The translations under genes were made by a program, and so were the position numbers. Positions 12,882 to 21,276 of a DNA stretch of 64,000 nucleotides are shown piece by piece. Every line of letters starts with the position of its first letter. The first letter of the stretch is position 1. Source of the stretch: an uncultured Gemmatimonadaceae bacterium (GTDB lineage Bacteria; Gemmatimonadota; Gemmatimonadetes; Gemmatimonadales; Gemmatimonadaceae); contig CAVXGK010000002.1 of NCBI GenBank assembly GCA_963761305.1, positions 2,368,001 through 2,432,000 of the forward strand, given 5' to 3'. A model generated the notes under the pieces. It saw only the letters and a list, made by a program, of their open reading frames with translations, made no database searches and was not told the DNA's origin.

Positions 12882-12899
12882 TTGTGAAAAATATCACAA
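12882..12899. promoter_or_regulatory. palindromic operator TTGTGAAAAATATCACAA (Rex- or CRP-type box) upstream of atpA
   Basis: one mismatch to TTGTGAA-N4-TTCACAA, exact TGTGA-N6-TCACA; AT-rich island 45 bp upstream of the atpA start. Confidence 0.7.
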
Positions 12900-13035
12900 G
12901 CAGCCGATTCGAGCAAGCACGAGTTCTCGGCCGAGGCGGAACGCGGGTGCTAAATCGCTGTTCCCCCATGAATTACGGGCGGACCGGCGGATCGGGGCCA
13001 GACCGAGGCCGGCTTCGATCGGCGTCGGAGCAAAA

Positions 13036-13135
13036 TTCAACGCAGATGCCGCGGATCATGACTGCAATGCCGCAGATCAAACCCATTGGGTCATCCGTGG
13101 GAATTGTCGTTCTGATCTGCGGCATCTGCGTTGAA
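13036..13135. repeat. hairpin element of CGCAGAT-type 9-mer units
   Basis: TTCAACGCAGATGCCGCGGATCA (13036-13058) pairs 22/23 with 13113-13135; extra internal ATGCCGCAGATCA copy. Confidence 0.8.
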
Positions 13136-13323
13136 CTCTTCTTGCCCGGCAATCGTAGCCGACGGGGCGCAATGGAACGATCCCGGTCCCCGGGCAGATC
13201 GGTAGACCGCGACTAAGCCGACCATCCACGCACTCGTTTGCCTGCCCTCGCACTCAAACGATGACGCAATTACTCGGAGCGGCCCCAAACTACACGCTCA
13301 CTCGTCGCCCGCGCTGGCGCGCC

Positions 13324-13389
13324 GCCGTCAAAGCCGTCAAGCCGTCAAGCGCCCGCTGTTCACCCGTCCACCCGTCCACCTGTCCACCC
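13324..13389 (-). repeat. octamer arrays in the leader of the four-helix-bundle gene
   Basis: GCCGTCAA x3 then CGCTGTTCACCCGTCCACCCGTCCACCTGTCCACCC, ending 6 nt before the ATG. Confidence 0.85.
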
Positions 13390-13395
13390 ACCCCT

Positions 13396-13806
13396 ATGGC
13401 CGGCACAGTTCGCGACCTCAAAGTCTGGCAAGAAGCCGTCGCGCTTGCCGCGGAAACCGTTCGCTCGGCCCGACAATCGGCCAAACGCGAAACCAAAGTG
13501 GTCACGGACCACATCATGTTGTCCGCGTTGTCCGCCGCGGGCGCCATCGCCGACGGCTACGGCCGCTACACAGCGCCCGAACAGCGACAACTCTATCGCA
13601 CCGCCAAACGCGAGCTGCTCAAGCTCGAGACGCAACTCGCCATCGCGCGCCAAGCGGACCTCGTCTCGGCTCACACACACGCGGATCTCTCGGCGCGCAT
13701 CCAAGGAGTGAACCGCCTGCTCGGCGGCTACCTCGTGTACCTCGAGCGCCAACTGGAGGCCGCCAACCAAGCGCGTGAGTCGCCGGCCCAGCACCCACAA
13801 CAGTAG
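13396..13806 (+). CDS. four-helix-bundle protein (23S rRNA IVS / Avd-like family)
   Basis: RDLKVWQEAVALA, SALSAAGAIADGYGR, AKRELLKLETQLAIA; 136 aa. Confidence 0.85.
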   Translation: MAGTVRDLKVWQEAVALAAETVRSARQSAKRETKVVTDHIMLSALSAAGAIADGYGRYTAPEQRQLYRTAKRELLKLETQLAIARQADLVSAHTHADLSARIQGVNRLLGGYLVYLERQLEAANQARESPAQHPQQ

Positions 13807-13868
13807 ATGTCCGATTTGCCTGAACCCGACGACTCCGGCACTTGCCGCTCCTCAGCCTCGGCGCCGCT

Positions 13869-14687
13869 TTAACCCCGACTCCGCCCGTGTCCTTTCACGA
13901 ACCTGTCCACCAGATCCACCGTCCGCAGTCGCGTCAGCGATGCCGCGCGCGTTCCCACGACTCGCGAGGCCGTGCTCGCCAGGTGGGACGACGAGGCGAA
14001 CCCCAGTACGTTCGCCACATCTCGCAGATCATACCCGGGGTTCTTCGCCAGCTCTGCCGCCGCGATGATGCGCACGAGGTCGATGATGCGCTTCAAGTTC
14101 GGGGCGCCGCCGGCGGCGAAAGAACGGGAGAGATGCTCTCGCGTCACCTGCAGGACTTTGGCGAGCGACGACGTGCGCACCGGCCGCCCGGCGTGCGACA
14201 CGACGAAGCGCCACGCCGACGACTGAAGCGGCGAGTCGAGTGCGAGCGGCCGAGGGGGGCGCTCGAGCGCGCGCGCGAACCGCGACGAAAAGGCGAGTGG
14301 CTGCACCATTTCACGCGCGGCGGCTTCGTCCACGCCATCGACGAGCACGTCGGCAAATTCATACGCCGCGCACTGCGCGACCGCCGGACCGTCGGCAGTT
14401 CGCAGCGCCGCCAACCCGAAGAACGGAATGCTCGGATACTCGCGCGCGAGCGACGCTACGCGCCACGTGTCCTCGTGCGCGCTCCCGATGTCGACGACCG
14501 CGGCGTCGACGAGCTCGGACTTGAACACGGCTTGAAAGTCGGCGGCGGTGCGCGTGAGCAGGACGCGCGCGCGACGTCGTGGGAACGCCGCCTTCATCAA
14601 GTTCCGCGTTCGGTCGCGTTGCGCATACACGACGATCGCCGAAAGCGGCAGTCCGCTCTGCGTCGAGTGGTCCGCATGCATGTGCAT
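13869..14687 (-). CDS. AraC-type HTH regulator with degenerate receiver-like N-terminal domain
   Basis: LAKVLQVTREHLSRSF and VANVLGFASSSHL double HTH; N-terminal VDAAVVDI. Confidence 0.75.
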   Translation of the reverse strand: MHMHADHSTQSGLPLSAIVVYAQRDRTRNLMKAAFPRRRARVLLTRTAADFQAVFKSELVDAAVVDIGSAHEDTWRVASLAREYPSIPFFGLAALRTADGPAVAQCAAYEFADVLVDGVDEAAAREMVQPLAFSSRFARALERPPRPLALDSPLQSSAWRFVVSHAGRPVRTSSLAKVLQVTREHLSRSFAAGGAPNLKRIIDLVRIIAAAELAKNPGYDLRDVANVLGFASSSHLASTASRVVGTRAASLTRLRTVDLVDRFVKGHGRSRG

Positions 14688-14698
14688 CTGTCCGGGGC

Positions 14699-15527
14699 TC
14701 AGTTTCGCCGGTCGGTGCCGGCTCGGCGGTCGAACACCGCCTGAGCCTCTTCCCGGAAACGCTCGGTCGTGTCGCGGTCCGGCCCCTCGTCACTGTCGAG
14801 ATTCGGCCTGCCTTCGATGAACTGACGCACGATCGGATCAGCGGTGTTCCTGACCTCGGCCACCGTGCCGACCTGGCGAACTCGGCCTTCGTAGAGCATG
14901 GCGATGCGGCTGCCCACCGTGTAGGCGCTCCGCATGTCGTGCGTGATGACGATGCCTGTGACGCCGAGTTTCTCGCGCATGCGGATGATGAGCTGGTCGA
15001 TCACCGCGCTGGTGACCGGATCCAGTCCTGTCGTCGGCTCGTCATAGAGGAGGTACTTGGGCCGCAAAGCGATCGCGCGCGCGATACCCACGCGTTTGCG
15101 CATGCCGCCCGACAGCTCGGCTGGGTAGCGATCGACGACCGCCGGAAGATCCACCAGCTCGAGCGCTTCCATGACCCGTTGCTGGATCTCGTCCTCCGAA
15201 AGCTCCTGCTGTTTACGCAGGCCCATCGCCACGTTCTCGCCGACAGTGAACGAGTCAAAGAGCGCGGCGAACTGAAAGACGTAGCCGATGCGCGCCCGGA
15301 GCGCGTAGAGATCACGCCGGCTGAGGTGTGGCACATCGTGAGTCGTCGACGATGACCTCGCCCGAATCGGGCTCGAGCAGGCCGACGATGTGCTTGATGG
15401 CGACGGACTTTCCGGTGCCGGAATAGCCGATGATGACCATCGTTTCACCCTCGACGATGTCGAGCGTGAAGCCTTGCAGGACGTGCTTGGGTCCGAACGA
15501 TTTATAGACGTCGACGAGACGGATCAT
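14699..15527 (-). CDS. mlaF: ABC transporter ATP-binding protein, MlaF/Mkl family (apparent frameshift near 15340)
   Basis: GYSGTGKS in ORF 15312-15527; FQFAALFDS, LSGGMRKRVGIARA, LLYDEPTTGLDP, ITHD in ORF 14699-15448. Confidence 0.85.
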
Positions 15528-15605
15528 TTCGCGTGGGTCGCCATGCGCGGCGCAGAAATGTGATCCCGACGTCGTCGCGCGGCTAGTGCAGCGCCGCGGA
15601 AAACG

Positions 15606-15636
15606 GAAAGGACCGGCGCGAGGCCGGCCCTTTCTT
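15606..15636. terminator. putative intrinsic terminator downstream of the sigma factor gene
   Basis: GAAAGGACCGGC-GCGAG-GCCGGCCCTTTC hairpin with A/T-rich flanks. Confidence 0.5.
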
Positions 15637-15666
15637 TGTTATTGTATTCGAATCGCTTACGCGAAA

Positions 15667-16554
15667 CTACGCCGCGAAGCTGCCGAGCGCGCGGCCGACG
15701 TCGCCTTCGCGCAGGCGCTTGAGCGCGCGGTCGCGCAACTGGCGAACGCGCTCGCGCGTGACGCCGAGCATCGAGCCGATCTCTTCGAGGGTGTGCTCGC
15801 GTCCGCCCTCGAGGCCGAAGTACAGCCGGAGGACCTTCGCGTCGCGCGGCGGCAGGGTGCCGAGCGCCTGCTCGATCTCGTCGGTGAGGAAGCGGTTCAT
15901 GGCTTCCTCCTCGGTGTCGGGCATCTCGTCGGCGACGAAGCGCTCGATGAGCGACCGGTCGCCTTCCGGATCCATGGGCGCGTCGAGGCGGACGTCGCTC
16001 GTGTTGAGCGCCGCCAGCGACTGGACGACGTCCACCGAGAGGCCGGTGAGCTGGGACAGCTCCTCGGGGCTCGGCTCGCGGTTCAGCTTCTGCCGGAGGA
16101 TCTCCGACGCCTTGATGATTCTCGAAAGGTCGGCGGTGCGGTTGAGCGGCACGCGAACCGTTCGCCCCTGGCGGGCCAGGGCCGAGAGGATCGCCTGACG
16201 GATCCACCACACGGCGTACGAGATGAACTTGACGCCCTGGTCGGGATCGAACTTACGGGCGGCCGTGAGCAGCCCGACGTTGCCTTCACCGATGAGATCG
16301 ATGAGGGGCAGTCCCCGGTTCTGGTACTTCTTGGCGACGGAGATGACGAAGCGCAGGTTGCGCTTGACCAGCTCCTGGAGCGCGTCCTGGTCGCCGGCGC
16401 GGATTTTCTTCGCGAGGTCGATCTCCTCGGTTCCCTTGAGCAGCGGATACGTCGACACCTCGTAGAGATACTGGTCGAGGATGTCGCGTTCGGGTTCGTT
16501 CGGAGCGATCCCAGCGGGGGCCGTGCGGCGGCGTCGACGCTTGAGTTCGGTCAT
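15667..16554 (-). CDS. RNA polymerase sigma-70 factor, RpoD/SigA family lacking region 1.1
   Basis: NLRFVISVAKKYQNRGL, DLIGEGNVGL, KFISYAVWWIRQAI, TLEEIG..LGVTRERVRQ. Confidence 0.93.
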   Translation of the reverse strand: MTELKRRRRRTAPAGIAPNEPERDILDQYLYEVSTYPLLKGTEEIDLAKKIRAGDQDALQELVKRNLRFVISVAKKYQNRGLPLIDLIGEGNVGLLTAARKFDPDQGVKFISYAVWWIRQAILSALARQGRTVRVPLNRTADLSRIIKASEILRQKLNREPSPEELSQLTGLSVDVVQSLAALNTSDVRLDAPMDPEGDRSLIERFVADEMPDTEEEAMNRFLTDEIEQALGTLPPRDAKVLRLYFGLEGGREHTLEEIGSMLGVTRERVRQLRDRALKRLREGDVGRALGSFAA

Positions 16555-16880
16555 GATTGCGGATTGCCCTCGCGCCCTGGGGCGCGATTGGAGTCGTATC
16601 GGTCGTTGAAGGAGCGGCGGCCCAAACCTACGATACCGCGCTACGGTCTACTATGCTGCACTGCTCTGCTGTTCCGCTGTGCTGCGGTACACAGCACGCG
16701 CGCGGCGTCTGATCCTATCGACCAGACCGACCAGACCCACTGCATTGACACTACGCGCACCCTTCGAAGCGAGTTACGAAAGGCGCTGCAAAATACCGGC
16801 CTTTCAAATTTGCGCCAGTCCCAATTCGTTGACACTCGCGTATACCCACGGCTATACTTGGTGGTTCCTGTTGAAAGGCT

Positions 16881-16988
16881 GGTGGACAGGATGACAGGTG
16901 GACGGGTGGACAGCGAGCAAGTGATCGTTTGTGTCTACGCGTCGTCAGCAGTAGCCGTTCACCCGTCGAGCCGTCCACCCGTCCACCC
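16881..16988. repeat. inverted pair of octamer arrays directly before tRNA-Ala
   Basis: forward ...CAGGTGGACGGGTGGACAGCG (16881-16915), reverse GCCGTTCACCCGTCGAGCCGTCCACCCGTCCACCC (16954-16988). Confidence 0.8.
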
Positions 16989-16993
16989 AAGTC

Positions 16994-17066
<73 letters not shown>

Positions 17067-17176
17067 TGGCGAGGCGAATCGAGAAGGCTTTACGCCTCGC
17101 TTGGGATCGAGCTGATAAGTTGGGACGAGGTGTGGGACGAGTGGTTGGCGAACTGTAGTTGACGTGATTCGGCATT

Positions 17177-17249
17177 GCGGGAATAGCTCAGTTGGTAGAG
17201 CACAACCTTGCCAAGGTTGGGGTCGCGGGTTCGAGTCCCGTTTCCCGCT
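17177..17249 (+). tRNA. tRNA-Gly(GCC)
   Basis: GCGGGAATAGCTCAG..., anticodon loop TTGCCAA, GGTTCGAGTCC. Confidence 0.96.
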
Positions 17250-17311
17250 CTCCACGTCGGCGGGGACTCGAGTCGTCTGAGCAATGGTCGGCTTCGGTCT
17301 CCGCGGCTTTC

Positions 17312-17385
17312 GGGCGGTTAGCTCAGTTGGTTAGAGCGCCACGTTGACATCGTGGAGGTCACAAGTTCGAGTCTTGTACCGCCCA
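17312..17385 (+). tRNA. tRNA-Val(GAC)
   Basis: CCACG-TTGACAT-CGTGG anticodon arm, GTTCGAGTC T loop. Confidence 0.95.
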
Positions 17386-17386
17386 T

Positions 17387-17460
17387 GCGCCCATAGCTCA
17401 ATTGGATAGAGCATCTGACTACGGATCAGAAGGTTGGAGGTTCGAGTCCTTCTGGGCGCG
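17387..17460 (+). tRNA. tRNA-Arg(ACG)
   Basis: TCTGA-CTACGGA-TCAGA anticodon arm; 1 nt after tRNA-Val. Confidence 0.95.
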
Positions 17461-17499
17461 CTTACGGCGGTTGGCTCGCCGGCAGTTTGGAAAAGTCGG

Positions 17500-17576
17500 C
17501 GGGGCGTAGCTTAGCCCGGTAGAGCGCCTGCTTCGGGAGCAGGAGGTCGCTGGTTCGAATCCAGTCGCCCCGACCA
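17500..17576 (+). tRNA. tRNA-Pro(CGG)
   Basis: CGGGGCG acceptor, CCTGC-TTCGGGA-GCAGG anticodon arm, encoded CCA. Confidence 0.95.
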
Positions 17577-17634
17577 TTCCATAAAGAAGTACAGAGAGAC
17601 TGAAAGACAGAAGTCGCGGTTCGAACGGCGAGAG

Positions 17635-17665
17635 TGGCTCGGCTGAAAATCGCCGAGCCATTTTT
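17635..17665 (+). terminator. intrinsic terminator of the tRNA cluster
   Basis: TGGCTCGGC-loop-GCCGAGCCA followed by TTTTT. Confidence 0.75.
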
Positions 17666-17837
17666 CGTAGCGCGGCCCCCCCGACGATCCTCGAGGCAAC
17701 CAACCCCGTATCTCCCGGCGGGCGCTTCAACCCGGCGGAACCGTAGCGCCAGACGCCGGTACGAATTGCTGACACACCGAACTCGATCACGTGCCGACAC
17801 AAAGCCCCCTCACCACCGACGAAAACCGAGCGTGACC

Positions 17838-18437
17838 ATGAGCATGGCCCGAATCGCGACGCTTGGCGTCGCCGCCTCACTGGCCGCGTGCGCCGGCGGA
17901 TCAGCCCCGTCTCAGCAAGGCGGCGTAACGACGTCAGCTCCAGCGCCCATCTCGAAAGAGGACCGGATCGATTTCACGCGGCAACTGCGGGAGCAGCTCT
18001 CGCTCACGCCGGCGGAAATCCGGTCGCTCCAATTCTACCTCTCCAAGCCCATCACGCTGCAGCGCGAGCTGTCGTCAGGAGAGCGTCAGGTGAGCCACGG
18101 AAAGCTGGTCACCAAGGACGGCAAGCAAATCGAGGAAGTCGACGTCGTCGACGGGACGCCCGGCGTTGCGGTGAACGTCAACGACGACGGCAACACGATC
18201 GACGTCAGCTTCGAGTCGGGCACCAAGCTGCGCTTCACCGGCTACTCGTTCACCCTGCTGGCCGACGCCTGGGGCGGAAAGGATGGCTCGGGCAAAATCA
18301 CCTTCGACGGCCGCGTGTACGACGCGATCGACCACAGCTACCTGGCGCACCTCGTCATCGATCGGCAGGCCGTCTCCAAGATCGAGACCCAACGCCGAGT
18401 GCTGAAGGGAGTCCGGGTCGACACGCTGACCCGATAA
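17838..18437 (+). CDS. hypothetical lipoprotein
   Basis: lipobox SLAAC; GC3-biased codon usage; no recognised family. Confidence 0.75.
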   Translation: MSMARIATLGVAASLAACAGGSAPSQQGGVTTSAPAPISKEDRIDFTRQLREQLSLTPAEIRSLQFYLSKPITLQRELSSGERQVSHGKLVTKDGKQIEEVDVVDGTPGVAVNVNDDGNTIDVSFESGTKLRFTGYSFTLLADAWGGKDGSGKITFDGRVYDAIDHSYLAHLVIDRQAVSKIETQRRVLKGVRVDTLTR

Positions 18438-18446
18438 CCGCCCCGC

Positions 18447-20039
18447 CTACGGGCGCTGCGCCGCCTTCCAGCTTCTCGGCGCCTGATCGCACCCCGGAAC
18501 GCGCATCGGCTGGCCGGTTCGCGCATCCGTCGGTGGCACTCGCCGCACACGTGAGACGAACGTCGGATCCTCCGACGCCTGGTACGCGAACATCGCCACC
18601 AGCGTCGCGTTCCGCTTCACCTCGTCGAAGTTGATCTTGTCGTAGGTGTCGCGGTTCGTGTGCCACGTGTAGTCGGTGTACGACCAGTCCGACGACGACA
18701 GGAAGAACGCCGGCGCGTCGCGGCAGTCGAACGCGTCGCTGTCGGTGCTCTCGTCATGCGCGATGCCGGGGAACATGAGCGTGACGTTCTTCGTCAGATC
18801 CGCCGGCATGCGCGACATCCAGCGGGCGAGCGCCGGCGTGGCGTCGACGAAGCCGTTGGTCTGCACCGAGTCGATCTCGCCGGTGCCGTTGTCCTGGTTG
18901 AACAGCGCCTGCAATCCCTTGATGACCTCCGGATGGTCGGCGGCGAACGCGGTCGACCCGATGTCGCCCTCCTCTTCGCCGCTCCAATGCCCGACCAGAA
19001 TGGTGCGCTTGGGATTCGGGTACGCCGTCTTCAGGATGCGCATCGCCTCGAGCATGGTGATCGTGCCGGTGCCGTTGTCCGTCGCCCCGCTCCCGGCGTC
19101 CCACGAATCGAGGTGGGCCGAGAGCATCACGTACTCGTTGGGCTTCTCCGAGCCATTCATGCGCGCGACGGTGTTGAATACCGGCGACTCATTCCCTGCG
19201 AGCGACGCCTCGGCGAGAGCGTGCACGCGCGGGTGCTGCCCGTTGGAGGCGAGGCGCGCGAGCAGGCTGTAGTCCTCGCACGACACGTCGAACGACGGTA
19301 TGAGCGACGCGCGCGCGGATTGGATCTTGTCCACGCCCCAGCCGTGCGACCACGTGTTGGACAGAAGCCCGGCCGCGCCGGCGCGCTCGAGGATCGGACC
19401 CAACACCCGCGCGTTGAGGTGCGCCGCGACGAGTCGCGCGTTCCAATCGGCCTGCACGCTGTCGCGCTGTGCGACGGCGTGATGATAGACCGCTGAGTCG
19501 GCCCAGAATCGAATGTCGGAGTCGGGACGACACGAAGGCTGCGGCATGCTCACCAGCACCAGCTTCCCTTTCACGCCGCCGAGCCACCGCACGAACCCCG
19601 CGCTGTCGCCGATCTCGCGGGCGGGCGGAACGATCACCACGTCGGCGGTCACGCCTCCGGAAGGCGTGGTGGCGCTCCACGCGTGCATCGTCGCCTCGAG
19701 CACACGTTCCCGCGGCGAAACGAGCTCGAGACCGCTCGGGCCGCGCGTCCAGTCGCGCCACGTGCCGTACTGCTCGTTCTTGGCGTCGATTCCCCACGCC
19801 TTGTAGGTCCGCAGCAGCCAGTCATTCGCGAAGCGGTTGGCCGGCGAGCCGGTGAGCCTCGGCCCGATCGAGTCCATCAACACCTGGGCGAGCTGCGGCG
19901 CATGCGAGCGTCGCATGCCCTCCTCGTAGATCTTTTGGACGATCGGGTCGCCGGTAGGATTGTCCTGCGCCAACGCGCGCGCGGGCATCGCCGCTCTTGC
20001 AACGCATGCGACGAGTGAGACAGCCAGAATTGTTCTCAT
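18447..20039 (-). CDS. secreted M28 family peptidase (carboxypeptidase Q-like)
   Basis: DSIGPRLTGS, SAHLDSW, GATDNGTG, WSGEEEG, WHTNRDTYD; signal peptide. Confidence 0.92.
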   Translation of the reverse strand: MRTILAVSLVACVARAAMPARALAQDNPTGDPIVQKIYEEGMRRSHAPQLAQVLMDSIGPRLTGSPANRFANDWLLRTYKAWGIDAKNEQYGTWRDWTRGPSGLELVSPRERVLEATMHAWSATTPSGGVTADVVIVPPAREIGDSAGFVRWLGGVKGKLVLVSMPQPSCRPDSDIRFWADSAVYHHAVAQRDSVQADWNARLVAAHLNARVLGPILERAGAAGLLSNTWSHGWGVDKIQSARASLIPSFDVSCEDYSLLARLASNGQHPRVHALAEASLAGNESPVFNTVARMNGSEKPNEYVMLSAHLDSWDAGSGATDNGTGTITMLEAMRILKTAYPNPKRTILVGHWSGEEEGDIGSTAFAADHPEVIKGLQALFNQDNGTGEIDSVQTNGFVDATPALARWMSRMPADLTKNVTLMFPGIAHDESTDSDAFDCRDAPAFFLSSSDWSYTDYTWHTNRDTYDKINFDEVKRNATLVAMFAYQASEDPTFVSRVRRVPPTDARTGQPMRVPGCDQAPRSWKAAQRP

Positions 20040-20083
20040 GGACGGGACGTTAGTGAGATGCCCCGGACCGACGCTAGTTGTCG

Positions 20084-21268
20084 CTAGTTGTGGTTCGGCG
20101 GCCGGCTGAGGACGAGCGTGAGCGGCACTGTGTCGGCCGGCGAGATCGTCACGGTGAGCGTCGTGTCGCGGTAGCCGTCGAGGTGCAGGCGAAGCGGGCG
20201 CGCGCCAACCGGAACAAAAAAGAGCGAGACGGTTCCGGTGCCCGTGGTCTTGGCGCTCGTGCGCGTGAGCGTGTCGATGACGTCGACGTTGGGGAGCGGA
20301 TCACCAGTCCCGCCGTCGAACACGCCGACCACGCGAAAGCGATAGCGCGGCAGCGAGTCGAGATCCGATGCAATGCTGCGGCGCGGACGGTCGGCGATCA
20401 CATAGGATCCGACGCCGTCGTCGTAGCCGATCCCATCCTTCAACACGATGAACATCGCCATGGAGTCGTGCGCCTTCCCGACCGACATGTCGAAGCAGTC
20501 GTGGTAGGTGATCTCGGCGATGTGCTCGGGTTTGATCGAGTGGAGAATCGACAGCACGGTGTCGATGTGGCTGAACTGCGGGAAGGCCGGGCGCAGCGGC
20601 GGCGGCGCGCCCGAGCGAGAAAGCCGCGGATTGGGACGAGTCGGCGGGGTCGAGATGCCGAGCGCGGGCTTGCGGCCCGCGACGTACTGCGAGTCCACCA
20701 CGGGAAGCACCACGCGCCGCCCGTTCACCCACACGTTCTCGATCCAGCCGTTGTGATCGGTCCACGGTATGGCGCAGGCTTGCGCGCCGCCGCGGCTCGT
20801 CATCATGTCGGGCCGGAGCTTGAAGACATCCGATGCGTCGAGAATCGTGCGACTGCTGTTCTCGATGTCTTCGGCGTCGAGGTGGTAGCTCTTGCGCTTG
20901 AGATCCTCTTGCGCCGTGACGTTCACCGCGGCCAGCGCGGTGACGGTGCGTGACAGCGTCACCGTCATGGTCGTGCTGTCGGCGCTCGGCGAGTTGAAGA
21001 AGCGGTAGAACGGCTGGTAGCCGATCTTCCGCGCCACGAGCTGAAGGTTCGCTTCGCCGGCCGGCACGGTGAGCCGCGCACGACCGGCGGCGTTGGTCGC
21101 CGTGTGCGCGACAACGCCAGAAATGCCCCGCACCACCGAAACGTCCGCGTCGGCCACCGGCGCGTTCGCCGAGTCAGCGACGCGAACGGCGATGACGACC
21201 GTCGGCACCGCCTGCCCAAACGCCCGCGCCGGGAGAATGGCGAGAAAACAGAGAGCAAGCACCCTCAT
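20084..21268 (-). CDS. secreted protein: carboxypeptidase-regulatory-like domain, plug-like domain, second beta-sandwich
   Basis: signal peptide, PVADADV..TNAAGRARL..ARKIGYQP, LAAVNVTA, VWVNG..IAEITY, C-terminal GDPLPNVDV..GYRDTTL. Confidence 0.75.
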   Translation of the reverse strand: MRVLALCFLAILPARAFGQAVPTVVIAVRVADSANAPVADADVSVVRGISGVVAHTATNAAGRARLTVPAGEANLQLVARKIGYQPFYRFFNSPSADSTTMTVTLSRTVTALAAVNVTAQEDLKRKSYHLDAEDIENSSRTILDASDVFKLRPDMMTSRGGAQACAIPWTDHNGWIENVWVNGRRVVLPVVDSQYVAGRKPALGISTPPTRPNPRLSRSGAPPPLRPAFPQFSHIDTVLSILHSIKPEHIAEITYHDCFDMSVGKAHDSMAMFIVLKDGIGYDDGVGSYVIADRPRRSIASDLDSLPRYRFRVVGVFDGGTGDPLPNVDVIDTLTRTSAKTTGTGTVSLFFVPVGARPLRLHLDGYRDTTLTVTISPADTVPLTLVLSRPPNHN

Positions 21269-21276
21269 CGTGCGAT

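Noticed and set aside
13396..13806. Diversity-generating retroelement
   Set aside because: An Avd-like protein is present, but no reverse transcriptase and no TR/VR pair differing at adenines was seen
13396..13806. 23S rRNA intervening sequence
   Set aside because: No rRNA gene surrounds the ORF
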